From Candidatus Fervidifonticultor sextus (GTDB taxonomy: Bacteria > Sysuimicrobiota > Sysuimicrobiia > Sysuimicrobiales > Humicultoraceae): 64,000 nt of DNA. Below the pieces are notes generated by a model. It was given only the letters and a program-made list of their open reading frames with translations, was not told the DNA's origin and ran no database searches. The stretch lies in the NCBI GenBank assembly GCA_031459875.1, contig JAVKHQ010000007.1, forward strand, positions 1-64,000, written 5' to 3'. A program made the translations under genes and the position numbers. How positions within the stretch are numbered: position 1 is the first letter of the stretch; each line of letters starts with the position of its first letter. Below are positions 50,895 through 60,696 of the stretch, piece after piece.

Positions 50895-51890
50895 CTAGCG
50901 CGCCGACGCGATGGCCTCATACACGCCCTGACCCCAGACCTTCCCGAACTTGTCCGGCAGGCAGCGCCGGGCCTGGGCGCGGAAGGCGTCCATGTCGGGG
51001 GTGATCACCTCCATGCCCGCGGCCCTGAACTTGCCCAGCAGTTCGGCCTCATCCTTCAGCACCAGCGCATTGGAGACCTTACCCCCCTCCTCGAAGGCCT
51101 GCACCACGATGCGCTGGCCCTCGGCCCCCAGCGCCTCCCACGTCTTCTCGTGGATGATGGGGATGATCGGCCCGACCTGGTGGCCGGTCAGCACCAGGTA
51201 CTTGGCGACCTCGTAGAATTTGAAAGCGTTGATGTTGGTGAACGGGTTCTCCTGGCCGTCCACCACGCCGGTCTTCAGAGCCAGGTAGACCTCACCGATG
51301 CCCATCGGGACCGGGTTGCCGCCCATGCACCGGAGGTTCTCGATGTAGATCGGGTTGTTGGGCACCCGGATCTTCAACCGGGCCAGCTCCGCCGGCGTCC
51401 TGAAGGGCTTGTTGGTGGTGAAGTGCCGGGTCCCCAGGTACCAGACGTCCACCACCCGGATGGTGATGGCGCTGGGCAACTGCTTGAACAGTTCTTGCCC
51501 GATGCGCCCCTTCATGACCCTGAACATGTGGTCGACATCGACGAACAGGTAGGCGGCCTCCAGCACGCCGACCGTGGCCAGATATGGCGCCATCCAGGAC
51601 GGGTTGGAGAACCACATGTCCTGGGTGCCGCGCATGGTGTTGATCATCTGCTCGGCCTGGCTGCCGAGCTGATCGCCGGGAAACACCTGCAGCTGGATGC
51701 GGCCCCCGGACCGCTGGGCGATGATGTCTGCGGCCTTCCTGGCGCCCACATCCACCGGATGGCCCACCGGGTTGTTGGTGCCGAAACGGATCACGATGCG
51801 TTGCTGGGCGGCCAGCGGCTGGATCCCGACCAGCAGCGCCAGCACGGCCACGACCGTCACCGTCAGCCCACGTCGTATTACCTGCTCCAT
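50895..51890 (-). CDS. dctP: TRAP substrate-binding protein
   Basis: LKIRVP (conserved carboxylate-binding Arg), EVYLALKTGVVDGQENP. Confidence 0.95.
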   Translation of the reverse strand: MEQVIRRGLTVTVVAVLALLVGIQPLAAQQRIVIRFGTNNPVGHPVDVGARKAADIIAQRSGGRIQLQVFPGDQLGSQAEQMINTMRGTQDMWFSNPSWMAPYLATVGVLEAAYLFVDVDHMFRVMKGRIGQELFKQLPSAITIRVVDVWYLGTRHFTTNKPFRTPAELARLKIRVPNNPIYIENLRCMGGNPVPMGIGEVYLALKTGVVDGQENPFTNINAFKFYEVAKYLVLTGHQVGPIIPIIHEKTWEALGAEGQRIVVQAFEEGGKVSNALVLKDEAELLGKFRAAGMEVITPDMDAFRAQARRCLPDKFGKVWGQGVYEAIASAR

Positions 51891-51904
51891 GCTCCTCTCC
51901 TCCT

Positions 51905-53656
51905 TTACTCGGGTGCGCCAGCTCCCGTCGTCTGTGTCCCCCTGAGGCCTGCCATAAGCTCGTGACGGCTTCCACCCCCCTGTCCGGTTGGGGATCCTTG
52001 CCGCGCTCCCACCCGCAGGCGGCGCAGGCGCCTCATCACTTCACTGTGGCCCTCGCCGAAGTATTGCGCCAGCGCCAGGTAGTCGCGGTAGAGGGTCTCG
52101 TAGATCTGCTGCGCATCCGGTCGCGGGCGGTAGCGGATGCGGTCGGCGCTGCCCATGCGCCGGATGGCCTCGACCATGGTGTCGTAGCCTCCTGCACGCT
52201 CGCCCGCAGCCGCGGCCGCATAGATCGCCGCTCCCACCGCCGAGGCATGCTGGACTCGCGCTACCAGCACCTCGCGGCCGATGATGTCGGCGGTCAACTG
52301 CAACAGCAGCGGGTTGCGCTCGGCCAGCCCGCCGCAGGCGTGGACCTCGTGCACCGGGACGCCGCCGGCCTCGAACGTCTCGATGACCCGACGCGTGCCG
52401 AACGCGGTGGACTCCAGCAGCGCGCGGTAGATCTCGTGGGGTTCAGTGGTGACCGTCAGCCCCACCAGGAGGCCCGTCAGGTCGGCGTCCACCAGCGGCG
52501 TGCGGCAGCCGTTCCACCAGTCCAGCGCCAGTACTCCCGCCTCGCCGGGGGCCAGTCGGGCGGCGTCGGCTTCGAGGCGGTCGTAGACCGCAGCCTCGCC
52601 CCCATCCCCCCCTGCGTAGCGCGCGGGCACTGCGGTTCGCACGAACCACTGGAAGATGTCGCCGACCGAGGCCTGGCCGGCCTCGTACCCGAACAGCCCC
52701 GGCAGGATGCCGTCTTCGACCACGCCCGAGATGCCGCGCACGATCCGGCGCGCGGGGTCAACGAGGAGGTGGCAGGTCGAGGTCCCCATGATCGCCACGA
52801 GCCGGCCTGGCTCGCAGACGCCCACGGCGGGCACGGCGGCGTGCGCGTCGATGACCGCCACGGCGACCGGCGTGCCCTCGCGCAGGCCGGTCCGCTGCGC
52901 CCATGTGGCCGACAGGCCGCCGGCGCACGCCGCCACCGGGTGCGGGGGCGGGCCGAGTTTTTCCAGGAACGACGGCAGGTCGGGATCCAGCGACGCCCAG
53001 AACGCCGCCGGCGGATAGCCGGCGTCCTTCTGCCAGTGCGCCTTGTACCCCGCCTGACAGGCGCTGCGCACCTCCTCGCCGACCAGTTGCCAGACGATCC
53101 AGTCGCCGCCCTCGATCCAGCGGGCGGCGGCAGCGGCCACCTGCGGCGCCTCGGCCAGTACCTGCCAGGCCTTGGCCCAGGACCACTCCGACGAGGTGCG
53201 CCCTCCGTACCACTGGAGGAACCCCGCATCCGGCCGGCCTGCGGTGGCGTTGATCCGATCCGCGTACGGCTGCGCGGCGTGGTGCTTCCACAACTTGGGC
53301 CAGGCGTTGGGGTCCGTGGCGAACTCGGGCAACAGGCACAGCGGCGCGCCCTGGGCCGTGGCGGGCATCACGGTGCACGACGTAAAGTCCACGCCGATCC
53401 CGATAATGGCCCGCTGCGGCGCCCCCGCGGTCAGGGTGCGCAGCAGGGTCTCCAGCGCCTCGATCCAGTCGCCGGGGTGCTGCAGCGCCCAGTCTGGCGG
53501 CAGACGCTCCTCGGTGTCGGGCAGCGCCCGATCGATGACACCGTGGGGATACGAGTAGGTCGCCGTGCCGGCGATGCGTCCATCGGCGGTGTCCACCAGC
53601 ACCGCGCGCGCCGACTCGGTGCCGAAGTCTACCCCGATCGTGTAGCGCGTCGCCAC
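51905..53656 (-). CDS. araB: Ribulokinase (FGGY family)
   Basis: IGVDFGTESAR, WALQHP, LWKHHAAQ, IDAH, IMGTSTCH, YEAGQ, LDWWNG.RTP. Confidence 0.9.
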   Translation of the reverse strand: MATRYTIGVDFGTESARAVLVDTADGRIAGTATYSYPHGVIDRALPDTEERLPPDWALQHPGDWIEALETLLRTLTAGAPQRAIIGIGVDFTSCTVMPATAQGAPLCLLPEFATDPNAWPKLWKHHAAQPYADRINATAGRPDAGFLQWYGGRTSSEWSWAKAWQVLAEAPQVAAAAARWIEGGDWIVWQLVGEEVRSACQAGYKAHWQKDAGYPPAAFWASLDPDLPSFLEKLGPPPHPVAACAGGLSATWAQRTGLREGTPVAVAVIDAHAAVPAVGVCEPGRLVAIMGTSTCHLLVDPARRIVRGISGVVEDGILPGLFGYEAGQASVGDIFQWFVRTAVPARYAGGDGGEAAVYDRLEADAARLAPGEAGVLALDWWNGCRTPLVDADLTGLLVGLTVTTEPHEIYRALLESTAFGTRRVIETFEAGGVPVHEVHACGGLAERNPLLLQLTADIIGREVLVARVQHASAVGAAIYAAAAAGERAGGYDTMVEAIRRMGSADRIRYRPRPDAQQIYETLYRDYLALAQYFGEGHSEVMRRLRRLRVGARQGSPTGQGGGSRHELMAGLRGTQTTGAGAPE

Positions 53657-53663
53657 GAGGCCC

Positions 53664-55079
53664 TCACGCGAAGACCCGGGGCTCGATCCCGGTCATCCTG
53701 CAGAACCACACCAGGTCGTCCACGTAGTTGCCGTAGACGCCGTGGATGTGGTTGGAGTCGTACTCGCCGAGGAACTCTTCGGCCGACACCTTGAACCTGG
53801 CGAAGGCGTGCGGCCATTCGGGTGTGGTGGCCCTGGCCCGGGCGGCCGCCTCCTCCGGGACGAACTGCAGGAACTCGCCCGGCACGATGGCCATCCAGTA
53901 CCGGCCGTTGCGCCGCGCCAGCCGCGCCAGGGTCACCTCGCCGGGGGCCGCAATGTGCATCACGGAGGCGCCACCGGCCGGGAAGTAGATGATCGCCGGG
54001 TAGAGGTGCACGTGGGGGAGGTTGACCGCCGGGTCAAAGGACCGGCCGGCGAAGTAGGTGGCGTGCTGGCCGGAGTTGACCAGGTCCCACACATCGTCGG
54101 CGGCGTCGTAGTGGCGGACGTCGGCGAAGAGCACCGGAGTCCCGGCGAGGTGCTTGAAGATCTCCATCGTGAGCGCGCCGTCGCTGTCGGCCTCGGTGGC
54201 GCACACGATGGGGTCGTGGGGACCTTCCCAGTCGTAGGGGTCGTTGAGGAACGCCTCGGCCACGTCCATGGTGGCGAAGTGGTTGGTCATCTCCGGCTGG
54301 CCCTTGATGCCGCAGAAGTCCAGCCGCCACTCGTCGATGATCTCGCGCACCGCGTGGTAGGACTTGATCTGGCGGCGCAGGAGGTCGGGGGTGAGCTTGC
54401 GCCCGTCGTAGTGGATCGTGGCGCCGTGCCGCTGGAGCCAGGCGATGCCGGCGTCCGCGCGACTGTCGGGAATGGCCTCCGCGCGCCGGATGATCTCGAA
54501 CTGGTCGATGTGCTCGATGTCGACCCCGAACTCCCGCCGCCACTGGTCCAGCGCCGGCACGGCGGTGTACATGCCCATGGATCGGCCGCCGATGACCCCG
54601 TACACCTCGCCTCGCAGCCGGTTCTTCGCCACCGCCGGCCGCAGGAAGCGCAGCACCCGCTCGAAGACCCCCTCGTCGTCAATGTCGCCCGAGACGCGGC
54701 CGCAGAAGGCGCCCACCTGGTCGAGGCTGCCGGCGGCGGCCAGCATCGCCACCAGCCCCGGATACTGGGGGTTCACGTTGCTGAACAGGAGGATCGGGCC
54801 GGGGACGAACTGCGCGGCGATGGCCGAGTAGTGGGGCCACGCCCAGATGGCGTAGTTGAAGACCGTGGCCTCGACACCCTGGGCGGCCAGGTACCGGCCC
54901 TCGCTGGCCGCCAGATCGGTGGTCCACACGATCTCGCGCCCGGTCACCACCTCCCACCCGACGGTCCGCAGCCGCGCGGCCAGGCGGTCCTGGAACTGCC
55001 GGGTCATCGGGAGCAGTTCGGCGTGCACGTGGGGCCGGCCGTCGGAGAACGTCAGGATGCCGACCTTGGGGCTCCGCAT
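53664..55079 (-). CDS. L-fucose/D-arabinose isomerase-family protein
   Basis: 471 aa; GGRSMGM, EAFLNDPYDW, CATEADSDGA, DVRH, NSG, EWPHAF, SNHIHGVYG match FucI motifs. Confidence 0.85.
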   Translation of the reverse strand: MRSPKVGILTFSDGRPHVHAELLPMTRQFQDRLAARLRTVGWEVVTGREIVWTTDLAASEGRYLAAQGVEATVFNYAIWAWPHYSAIAAQFVPGPILLFSNVNPQYPGLVAMLAAAGSLDQVGAFCGRVSGDIDDEGVFERVLRFLRPAVAKNRLRGEVYGVIGGRSMGMYTAVPALDQWRREFGVDIEHIDQFEIIRRAEAIPDSRADAGIAWLQRHGATIHYDGRKLTPDLLRRQIKSYHAVREIIDEWRLDFCGIKGQPEMTNHFATMDVAEAFLNDPYDWEGPHDPIVCATEADSDGALTMEIFKHLAGTPVLFADVRHYDAADDVWDLVNSGQHATYFAGRSFDPAVNLPHVHLYPAIIYFPAGGASVMHIAAPGEVTLARLARRNGRYWMAIVPGEFLQFVPEEAAARARATTPEWPHAFARFKVSAEEFLGEYDSNHIHGVYGNYVDDLVWFCRMTGIEPRVFA

Positions 55080-55120
55080 GAGCGACCTCCGCTTCCCCGC
55101 GGCGCAGTGCCGGCGGGTAG

Positions 55121-55133
55121 GAGAACGTTATCA
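55121..55133. promoter_or_regulatory. LacI-type operator, copy 1
   Basis: GAGAACGTTATCA quasi-palindrome centred on AACGTT; an identical copy is at 55244. Confidence 0.75.
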
Positions 55134-55243
55134 GAGTCCTGGAGGAGCATTCGCGGCCAGCAGGGGGATTCCTGCCTCGCCCGCCGGACCCGGGCTCCGG
55201 CGGCCGGGACGGAAGGAACCGCTCCTGAGCAGGTGGAAGTCAA

Positions 55244-55256
55244 GAGAACGTTATCA
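55244..55256. promoter_or_regulatory. LacI-type operator, copy 2 (autoregulatory)
   Basis: Identical GAGAACGTTATCA ending 1 nt before the regulator ATG. Confidence 0.75.
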
Positions 55257-55257
55257 C

Positions 55258-56286
55258 ATGCCTACCATCCGCGACGTCGCCCGCCGCGCCGGGGTCTCGG
55301 TGGCGGCCGCCGCCCGCGCCCTCGGCGGCTACGGTTACACCAGTGCAGCCACGCGGGAAAAGGTGCTGCGTGCAGCCCAAGCCCTCGACTACCACCCCAA
55401 CGCCATCGCCCGCAGCATGATCAAGGGACGCACGCAGACCCTGGGCGTGATCGTCTCCGACAACGCCAACCCGTTCTTCGCCTCGGTGGTGCGCGGCATC
55501 GAGGACGCGGTCCTGGGCCAGGGCTACGCCATCGTCCTCTGCAACGCCGACGAGGATCCGGCCAAGGAGGCGATCTACCTCCGGACAGTCCGCCAGAAGC
55601 GCGTCGACGGCCTGGTCATCTCGCCGTCGGGCGGGTCGGCGGCGGCCCTGCGGGGTCTGATGGACAGCGGGACCTCCATCGTCCAGGTGGACCGTCGCCT
55701 GCCCCGGCTGGCAGCGGATGCCGTGCTCACCGACAACCGGGCAGGCGTGCGCGCGGCCGTCGAGCACCTGATCCGTCTCGGCCACCGTCGCATCGGTATC
55801 CTCAGCGGCCCGCGGCGGCTCTACACCGGCCGCGAGCGCCTGGAAGGCTATCTGGCTACCATGCGGGATGCCGGGCTCCCGGTGGCGGACGGGTGGGTCC
55901 AGGAGGGCAACTTCAAGGAAGCGAGCGGCTACGAACTGGTCGGCCGCTTCCTGGGACTTCGCCGCCGGCCCACGGCCATCTTCATCGCCAACAACCTGAT
56001 GACCATCGGCGCGCTGCTGGGCCTCAAAGAGGCCGGCGTGCGGATTCCGGAGGAGATGGCCGTGGTGGGCTTCGACGACATGGACTGGGCGCCGATCCTC
56101 ACCCCACCGCTGACGGCCGTGGCCCAGCCCGGGTATCACCTGGGGGCGACGGCGGGCCGGCTCCTGCTGGAACGACTGGCCCAATCCTACCGGGGCAGGC
56201 CCCGCACCGTCGTCTTCCAGCCCCGACTGGTCGTCCGGGAATCCTGCGGCGCGCCCCTGCGCCAGGGCCCCGGGGTCAGGCGCTGA
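55258..56286 (+). CDS. LacI-family transcriptional regulator
   Basis: MPTIRDVARRAGVS HTH, YHPNAIAR hinge, VVGFDD. Confidence 0.95.
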   Translation: MPTIRDVARRAGVSVAAAARALGGYGYTSAATREKVLRAAQALDYHPNAIARSMIKGRTQTLGVIVSDNANPFFASVVRGIEDAVLGQGYAIVLCNADEDPAKEAIYLRTVRQKRVDGLVISPSGGSAAALRGLMDSGTSIVQVDRRLPRLAADAVLTDNRAGVRAAVEHLIRLGHRRIGILSGPRRLYTGRERLEGYLATMRDAGLPVADGWVQEGNFKEASGYELVGRFLGLRRRPTAIFIANNLMTIGALLGLKEAGVRIPEEMAVVGFDDMDWAPILTPPLTAVAQPGYHLGATAGRLLLERLAQSYRGRPRTVVFQPRLVVRESCGAPLRQGPGVRR

Positions 56287-56436
56287 GGCCCCCTCCCCCG
56301 CGGGCGACCCGGGGCCGGCCCCCGCGTCTGAGAGACGCCTAAACCGGCCGGGTTTTGGGCAAATTCCCTCTGCCTGGCCAGGATGGGGATGGACCGCGGG
56401 CTCGCCAGCGCCGGACTCGACCGGGAGTGGTGGGCT

Positions 56437-56859
56437 ATGCGCGCAAGGCGAGCGCAAGCCGGGCTGAGTCTGATCGAGGTCACCGTGGTGGGCGCCGTCG
56501 CCGCGGTGGTTCTCGTGGCCTCGATCGGCCAGTACCGGGAGTTCGTCAGCAACCAGCGGCTGAATGCCTGGGCGGAGACCATCGCTACAGATCTCCGGGC
56601 CGCCCAGCAGCTCAGCGTGGCCAGACGTGAGACGGTCGTCGCGGTCTTCGCCCCGAACCTCTACGCCATCCGCATCGGCGGCACCGACGTCAAGGTCGGC
56701 ACCCTTCCTCCGGACCTCGTCAGCTCCTCAGAGACCGTCACCTTCACGACCCTCGGGACGACCTCGAATGCGGGGACCATCACGCTGCGCAGCACGATGA
56801 CCAACCGGACCAAGCAGATTTCCATCTCGTCATCCACGGGGCGCATCAGAATCGACTGA
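56437..56859 (+). CDS. Minor pilin, FimT/GspH-like
   Basis: Prepilin site AQAG|LSLIE plus hydrophobic helix; DLRAAQQLSV. Confidence 0.8.
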   Translation: MRARRAQAGLSLIEVTVVGAVAAVVLVASIGQYREFVSNQRLNAWAETIATDLRAAQQLSVARRETVVAVFAPNLYAIRIGGTDVKVGTLPPDLVSSSETVTFTTLGTTSNAGTITLRSTMTNRTKQISISSSTGRIRID

Positions 56860-56873
56860 CGGACGGTGCGGGC

Positions 56874-57299
56874 ATGATCTCCAGACGGGCACAGGCGTGC
56901 CGCCGGTCAGGCGGCCAGCGGGGGTTTACCCTGATCGAGGTGATGATCGGCATGCTCCTGCTGGCATCCATCGTGGTCATGTTGGCCCAGGGCTACATGG
57001 CCGCGCTCAGCCGGGCCGGGGAGACCGGCGACCACACCATGGCGGCGGCGTGGGCGCAGGCCATGGTGGACTACCTCCGCAACCAGGGCTATGGGGTCAG
57101 CGGTTCCTGGAGCGAGACGCCGGCGGCCTGCGCCGCGCCCAAACCGTGCCTCCCCCCCGTGTTCAGCCGCGCCGACATCGTCGTCAGCAACACCGGGATC
57201 CCGTCCCTCAAGCAGATCGACATCACCCTCTACCGGATGGGGTCGGGGTCGCCCTTCATGGCGCTCTCCACGTACGCCGCGGACCTGAGGTTTCCGTGA
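56874..57299 (+). CDS. Minor pilin, PilV/GspI-like
   Basis: QRG|FTLIEVMIG. Confidence 0.82.
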   Translation: MISRRAQACRRSGGQRGFTLIEVMIGMLLLASIVVMLAQGYMAALSRAGETGDHTMAAAWAQAMVDYLRNQGYGVSGSWSETPAACAAPKPCLPPVFSRADIVVSNTGIPSLKQIDITLYRMGSGSPFMALSTYAADLRFP

Positions 57300-57988
57300 T
57301 GCGGCGGACCATGGCAGGCCGGACCGGGCGCGGCGAGCGGGGGCTCACCCTTGTCGAAGTCATCGCCGCCATGGCGATCGGCTCATTGGTGCTCTCGACG
57401 ATCTACCTGGCGCTGGGCACGGCGATCAAGGCCCGCCTCCTGGTGTGGAGCCAGGTGCACAACCAGCAGCACGGCCGCCTGGTCATCCAGTGGATGGCCG
57501 ACCGCCTGCGCCAGGCCGGCTACGCCGTCAGCCCGGCCAGCCCGCTGCCGCGCTGCCAGGACGCGCTGGTCGCCGAGGATCCGGCGCTGCGCCCCACCGC
57601 CTCTCAGATCTACTTCAACACGGACCTGGACGGCGCAGGGGCCGGCGCCCCGACGCAGACCATCGGGTTCCGCGTGGGCAGGGAGAGCGCGGGTGGGACC
57701 ATGGTCAATGTGGTCGAGGAGTCGGTGGCCGACTGCACAAGCGGCGCCCCCTCACGGGTTTCCAGCGTGACCGACCCAACCTCCGTGGCCATCGCCTCGC
57801 TGACGTTTGACTACTACGATGCCAGCGGGACCCCGGTCACCGACCTCGCGACGCCAGACAGCATTCGGACGATCCGCATGGTCCGCATTACCCTGGTCGA
57901 GCAGGCCTCGGCCGGCTCGCTGGGTCCCAGGGGGCAGACATGGAGCGTACTCGTCTCGCTACGGAATCCGGACCCGCGCAACCCGTGA
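57299..57988 (+). CDS. Minor pilin, PilW/GspJ-like
   Basis: ERG|LTLVEV, DRLRQAGY, IRMVRITL, VSLRN. Confidence 0.82.
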   Translation: MRRTMAGRTGRGERGLTLVEVIAAMAIGSLVLSTIYLALGTAIKARLLVWSQVHNQQHGRLVIQWMADRLRQAGYAVSPASPLPRCQDALVAEDPALRPTASQIYFNTDLDGAGAGAPTQTIGFRVGRESAGGTMVNVVEESVADCTSGAPSRVSSVTDPTSVAIASLTFDYYDASGTPVTDLATPDSIRTIRMVRITLVEQASAGSLGPRGQTWSVLVSLRNPDPRNP

Positions 57989-59289
57989 GCCGGGGGCGTC
58001 CGGCCCCCCGCGGCGAACGGGGGAACGTCCTGTTGATCATCCTGGTGTTCCTGGTGGCAGGCGGGGTCCTGGCCATGGGCCTCCTCAACAGCCTGCTGGG
58101 AGAGATCCAGGGGGGCCTGTCCTACCGCCATGCGGTCCAGGCCCTGTCGGTCGCCGAGGCCGGCGTGCACTACGCGGCCGCCAGGGTCAATGAGGCAGGC
58201 GGCGCCGCGTATGCCGGCGAGACCGACCGCTGGGTCTCGCACCCCCTCCAGGGGAACGTCGGCCTGTTCGATGTCACGGTGCGGTGCTCCGACGGCACGG
58301 TCCCGGGGAATCCCAGCCCCTGTGCAGGCGCTCCCCAACCCAACGTGCGCGTCGTCACCTCGACTGGGTACGTGCCGAGCAAGGCGATCCCGCTGGGGCG
58401 CCGCACCGTGGTCACCACCATCCGGCAGCAGATCCTCACCTCTTTGCAGTACGCGGTCTGCGGGGAGGATGGGGTGACCCTCAACCAGAGCACCAGCACC
58501 TACGGCGACGTGGGCAGCAACCGCAACATCACCCTGCTGGGCCCGCCCCAGACGCCTGGATCGCTGGCGCGCATCTACGCCTTTGCCGGCCAGCGAGGCG
58601 ACGCCACCGCCGGCGGCGCGGTGGCCTGCTCGGCGTCGTGCGGGCCGTCCTACTACCAGGTCCAGGGGACCGCGACGAGCTACGGGACCCCGGGCCGCCA
58701 GGTCTGCCCGGTGCTGCCGTCCTTCGCGTGCACCCCGGGCACACGAGACGAGATCCGCGGCGCCGGGGCGAGCCTGGTGATCAGCGCGGCGAACGGCAAC
58801 ACGGCGCTGCGCAACGTCAGCCTGGGGAGGAACTCCACCCTGACCTTCCAGACCACCGGCCCCAACGAGACCCTCGTCGTCCAGATGAACAGCCTGACGG
58901 TCGGGCAGAACAGCCGCGTGCGCGTGACCGGAGGCGGCAAGGTGGTCCTGCACCTGGCCGACCGCTCGACGATCAACCAGGGCACGCTCTTCGGCGTCGA
59001 CGCCACCGATGTCGGCATCGAGCCCGGCCGCTTCCTGATCCAGAGCTGCGCGACGGACGGGGGGGCCAACGAGTTCGCCCTGGAGTTCCACCAGACCGGC
59101 GGCATCTACGCCATCCTGTTCGCGCCGAACGGGACGGTGCAGCTGGACCAGGCGAACCTCTCCCGCGGGGCGATCTCTTCGCGTTACGTGCAGTTTGATC
59201 AAGGTACCGACTTCCGGTACGACACCACCGGCCTGGCCATCAGCGCCGGCCCCTACAACACCATCGCGGCCTGGCGGGAGCAGCCGTAG
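57985..59289 (+). CDS. Large minor pilin, PilX/GspK-like, with a beta-rich C-terminal domain
   Basis: ERG|NVLLI (no E5), ALSVAEAGV, Cys pairs, LFAPNG, terminal WRE. Confidence 0.78.
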   Translation: MSRGRPAPRGERGNVLLIILVFLVAGGVLAMGLLNSLLGEIQGGLSYRHAVQALSVAEAGVHYAAARVNEAGGAAYAGETDRWVSHPLQGNVGLFDVTVRCSDGTVPGNPSPCAGAPQPNVRVVTSTGYVPSKAIPLGRRTVVTTIRQQILTSLQYAVCGEDGVTLNQSTSTYGDVGSNRNITLLGPPQTPGSLARIYAFAGQRGDATAGGAVACSASCGPSYYQVQGTATSYGTPGRQVCPVLPSFACTPGTRDEIRGAGASLVISAANGNTALRNVSLGRNSTLTFQTTGPNETLVVQMNSLTVGQNSRVRVTGGGKVVLHLADRSTINQGTLFGVDATDVGIEPGRFLIQSCATDGGANEFALEFHQTGGIYAILFAPNGTVQLDQANLSRGAISSRYVQFDQGTDFRYDTTGLAISAGPYNTIAAWREQP

Positions 59290-59425
59290 CGGCTCCCGCG
59301 ACCGGCCCGGCACGCCGTTGACCTCCCCGGCGGCGTGCCGGGCCACTTCACCAGGCAGGAATTCTGCTGCGCAATCCGTAATTCACCAACTCGTCTGTTC
59401 CTGAATCCTCAACCAGGGGGGGCTG

Positions 59426-60199
59426 GTGCGCGGCCTCTATCTGATTCCCGGTGCCATATCCCGCAGGGAGGGCGGGGCCGCTGAACTGGCGCGGCGGGCT
59501 GCCGTCGTCCAGCGCCTAGCCAATGCGGGCTGGACCATGGACACCTGGGAGGTCACTGCAGGGCCGGCGTCCATCGAGTCCGCCTACGAGGAGTACCTCG
59601 CGGTGCCCGGCGCCATCGAGCGGCTAGTCGAGGCCGAGCGCGCGGGGTTCGACGGCGCGATTTTGGGCTGCTTTGGCGATCCGGGGCTGGAGGCCGCCCG
59701 GGAGATGGTGAGCATCCCGGTCACCGGCCCCGGGGAAGCCTCCATGCTCTTCGCCGCCACGCTGGGGCACCGGTTCAGCATCGTGACCGTCCTGGACACC
59801 GTCTGTGCCCTGCTGGAGCGGCTGGCCTGGCAGGTCGGCGTAGACCGGAAACTGGCCTCGGTGCGGGCGATCGACGTCCCGGTGCTGGACCTCGACCGCG
59901 ACCCCAAGGAGACCTTTGCCCGCATGGTCCGCGAGGCCGAGGCGGCCCGCGACCGCGATCGCGCCGACGTCATCGTCATGGGCTGCATGACGATGGCCTT
60001 CCAGGAGCGCCAGGCGGAGATGGCGCGCCTGCTGGGGATCCCCGTCGTCAACCCGCTGCACGCCGCGGTGAAGATGATGCAGGCCCTCGCCGAGCTCGGG
60101 CTGCGCCACAGCCGGCGGGCCTATCCGACCCCGCCGAAGCTGCGACAGCAGGCTGCGGCCACCGGACCCGGAGGAGTCACCCCGCGTGGGGCGCGCTGA
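59426..60199 (+). CDS. Hydantoin/allantoin racemase-like (Asp/Glu racemase superfamily)
   Basis: GPASIE, GCFGDPGLEAARE, GCMTM two-cysteine pair. Confidence 0.85.
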   Translation: MRGLYLIPGAISRREGGAAELARRAAVVQRLANAGWTMDTWEVTAGPASIESAYEEYLAVPGAIERLVEAERAGFDGAILGCFGDPGLEAAREMVSIPVTGPGEASMLFAATLGHRFSIVTVLDTVCALLERLAWQVGVDRKLASVRAIDVPVLDLDRDPKETFARMVREAEAARDRDRADVIVMGCMTMAFQERQAEMARLLGIPVVNPLHAAVKMMQALAELGLRHSRRAYPTPPKLRQQAAATGPGGVTPRGAR

Positions 60200-60683
60200 C
60201 CGGCTCGATGCCCTCGACCAGAGCATCATCCGCTGCCTCCAGCGCGACGGCCGGACCAGCTACAGCGCCATGGCCAAACTGCTGGGGGTCACCGAGGGCA
60301 CGGTGCGTAACCGGGTGGCCCGCCTGCTGGCCGACCGCGTCATCCGCGTCGTGGGCGTGGCGGACCTCTTCAAGGTCGGCATGCACGCCGCCGCCATCAC
60401 CGGCATCAACGTCCAGCGCCACAAGATGAAGCAGGCGCTGTCGCGCCTGATGGAGATGCCCGAGGTCCGCTACATCGCCGTGACCACCGGCGCCTTCGAC
60501 ATCATCATCGAGGTGGTGCTGCCCGACACCGACGCGCTCCACGACTTCCTGGTGGACCGCCTGGCGGGCGTGCCGGGGTTGCTGCGGACCGACACCTCCA
60601 TGATCCTCAAGATCCACAAGCAGAGCTACACCTGGCTCCCGGAGCCGGACGGCGCGCGCCCGCTCCCAAGAGGCGCGCGATGA
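60186..60683 (+). CDS. Lrp/AsnC-family regulator
   Basis: LDALDQSIIRCLQRDGR...GVTEGTVRNRV, TTGAFD. Confidence 0.92.
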   Translation: MGRADRLDALDQSIIRCLQRDGRTSYSAMAKLLGVTEGTVRNRVARLLADRVIRVVGVADLFKVGMHAAAITGINVQRHKMKQALSRLMEMPEVRYIAVTTGAFDIIIEVVLPDTDALHDFLVDRLAGVPGLLRTDTSMILKIHKQSYTWLPEPDGARPLPRGAR

Positions 60684-60696
60684 GGGGGGAGAGCAC

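Noticed and set aside
56340..56436. GGGCAAA upstream of the pilin cassette as a c-di-GMP-I riboswitch
   Set aside because: No GNRA-capped stem or GACGCAAA element follows.
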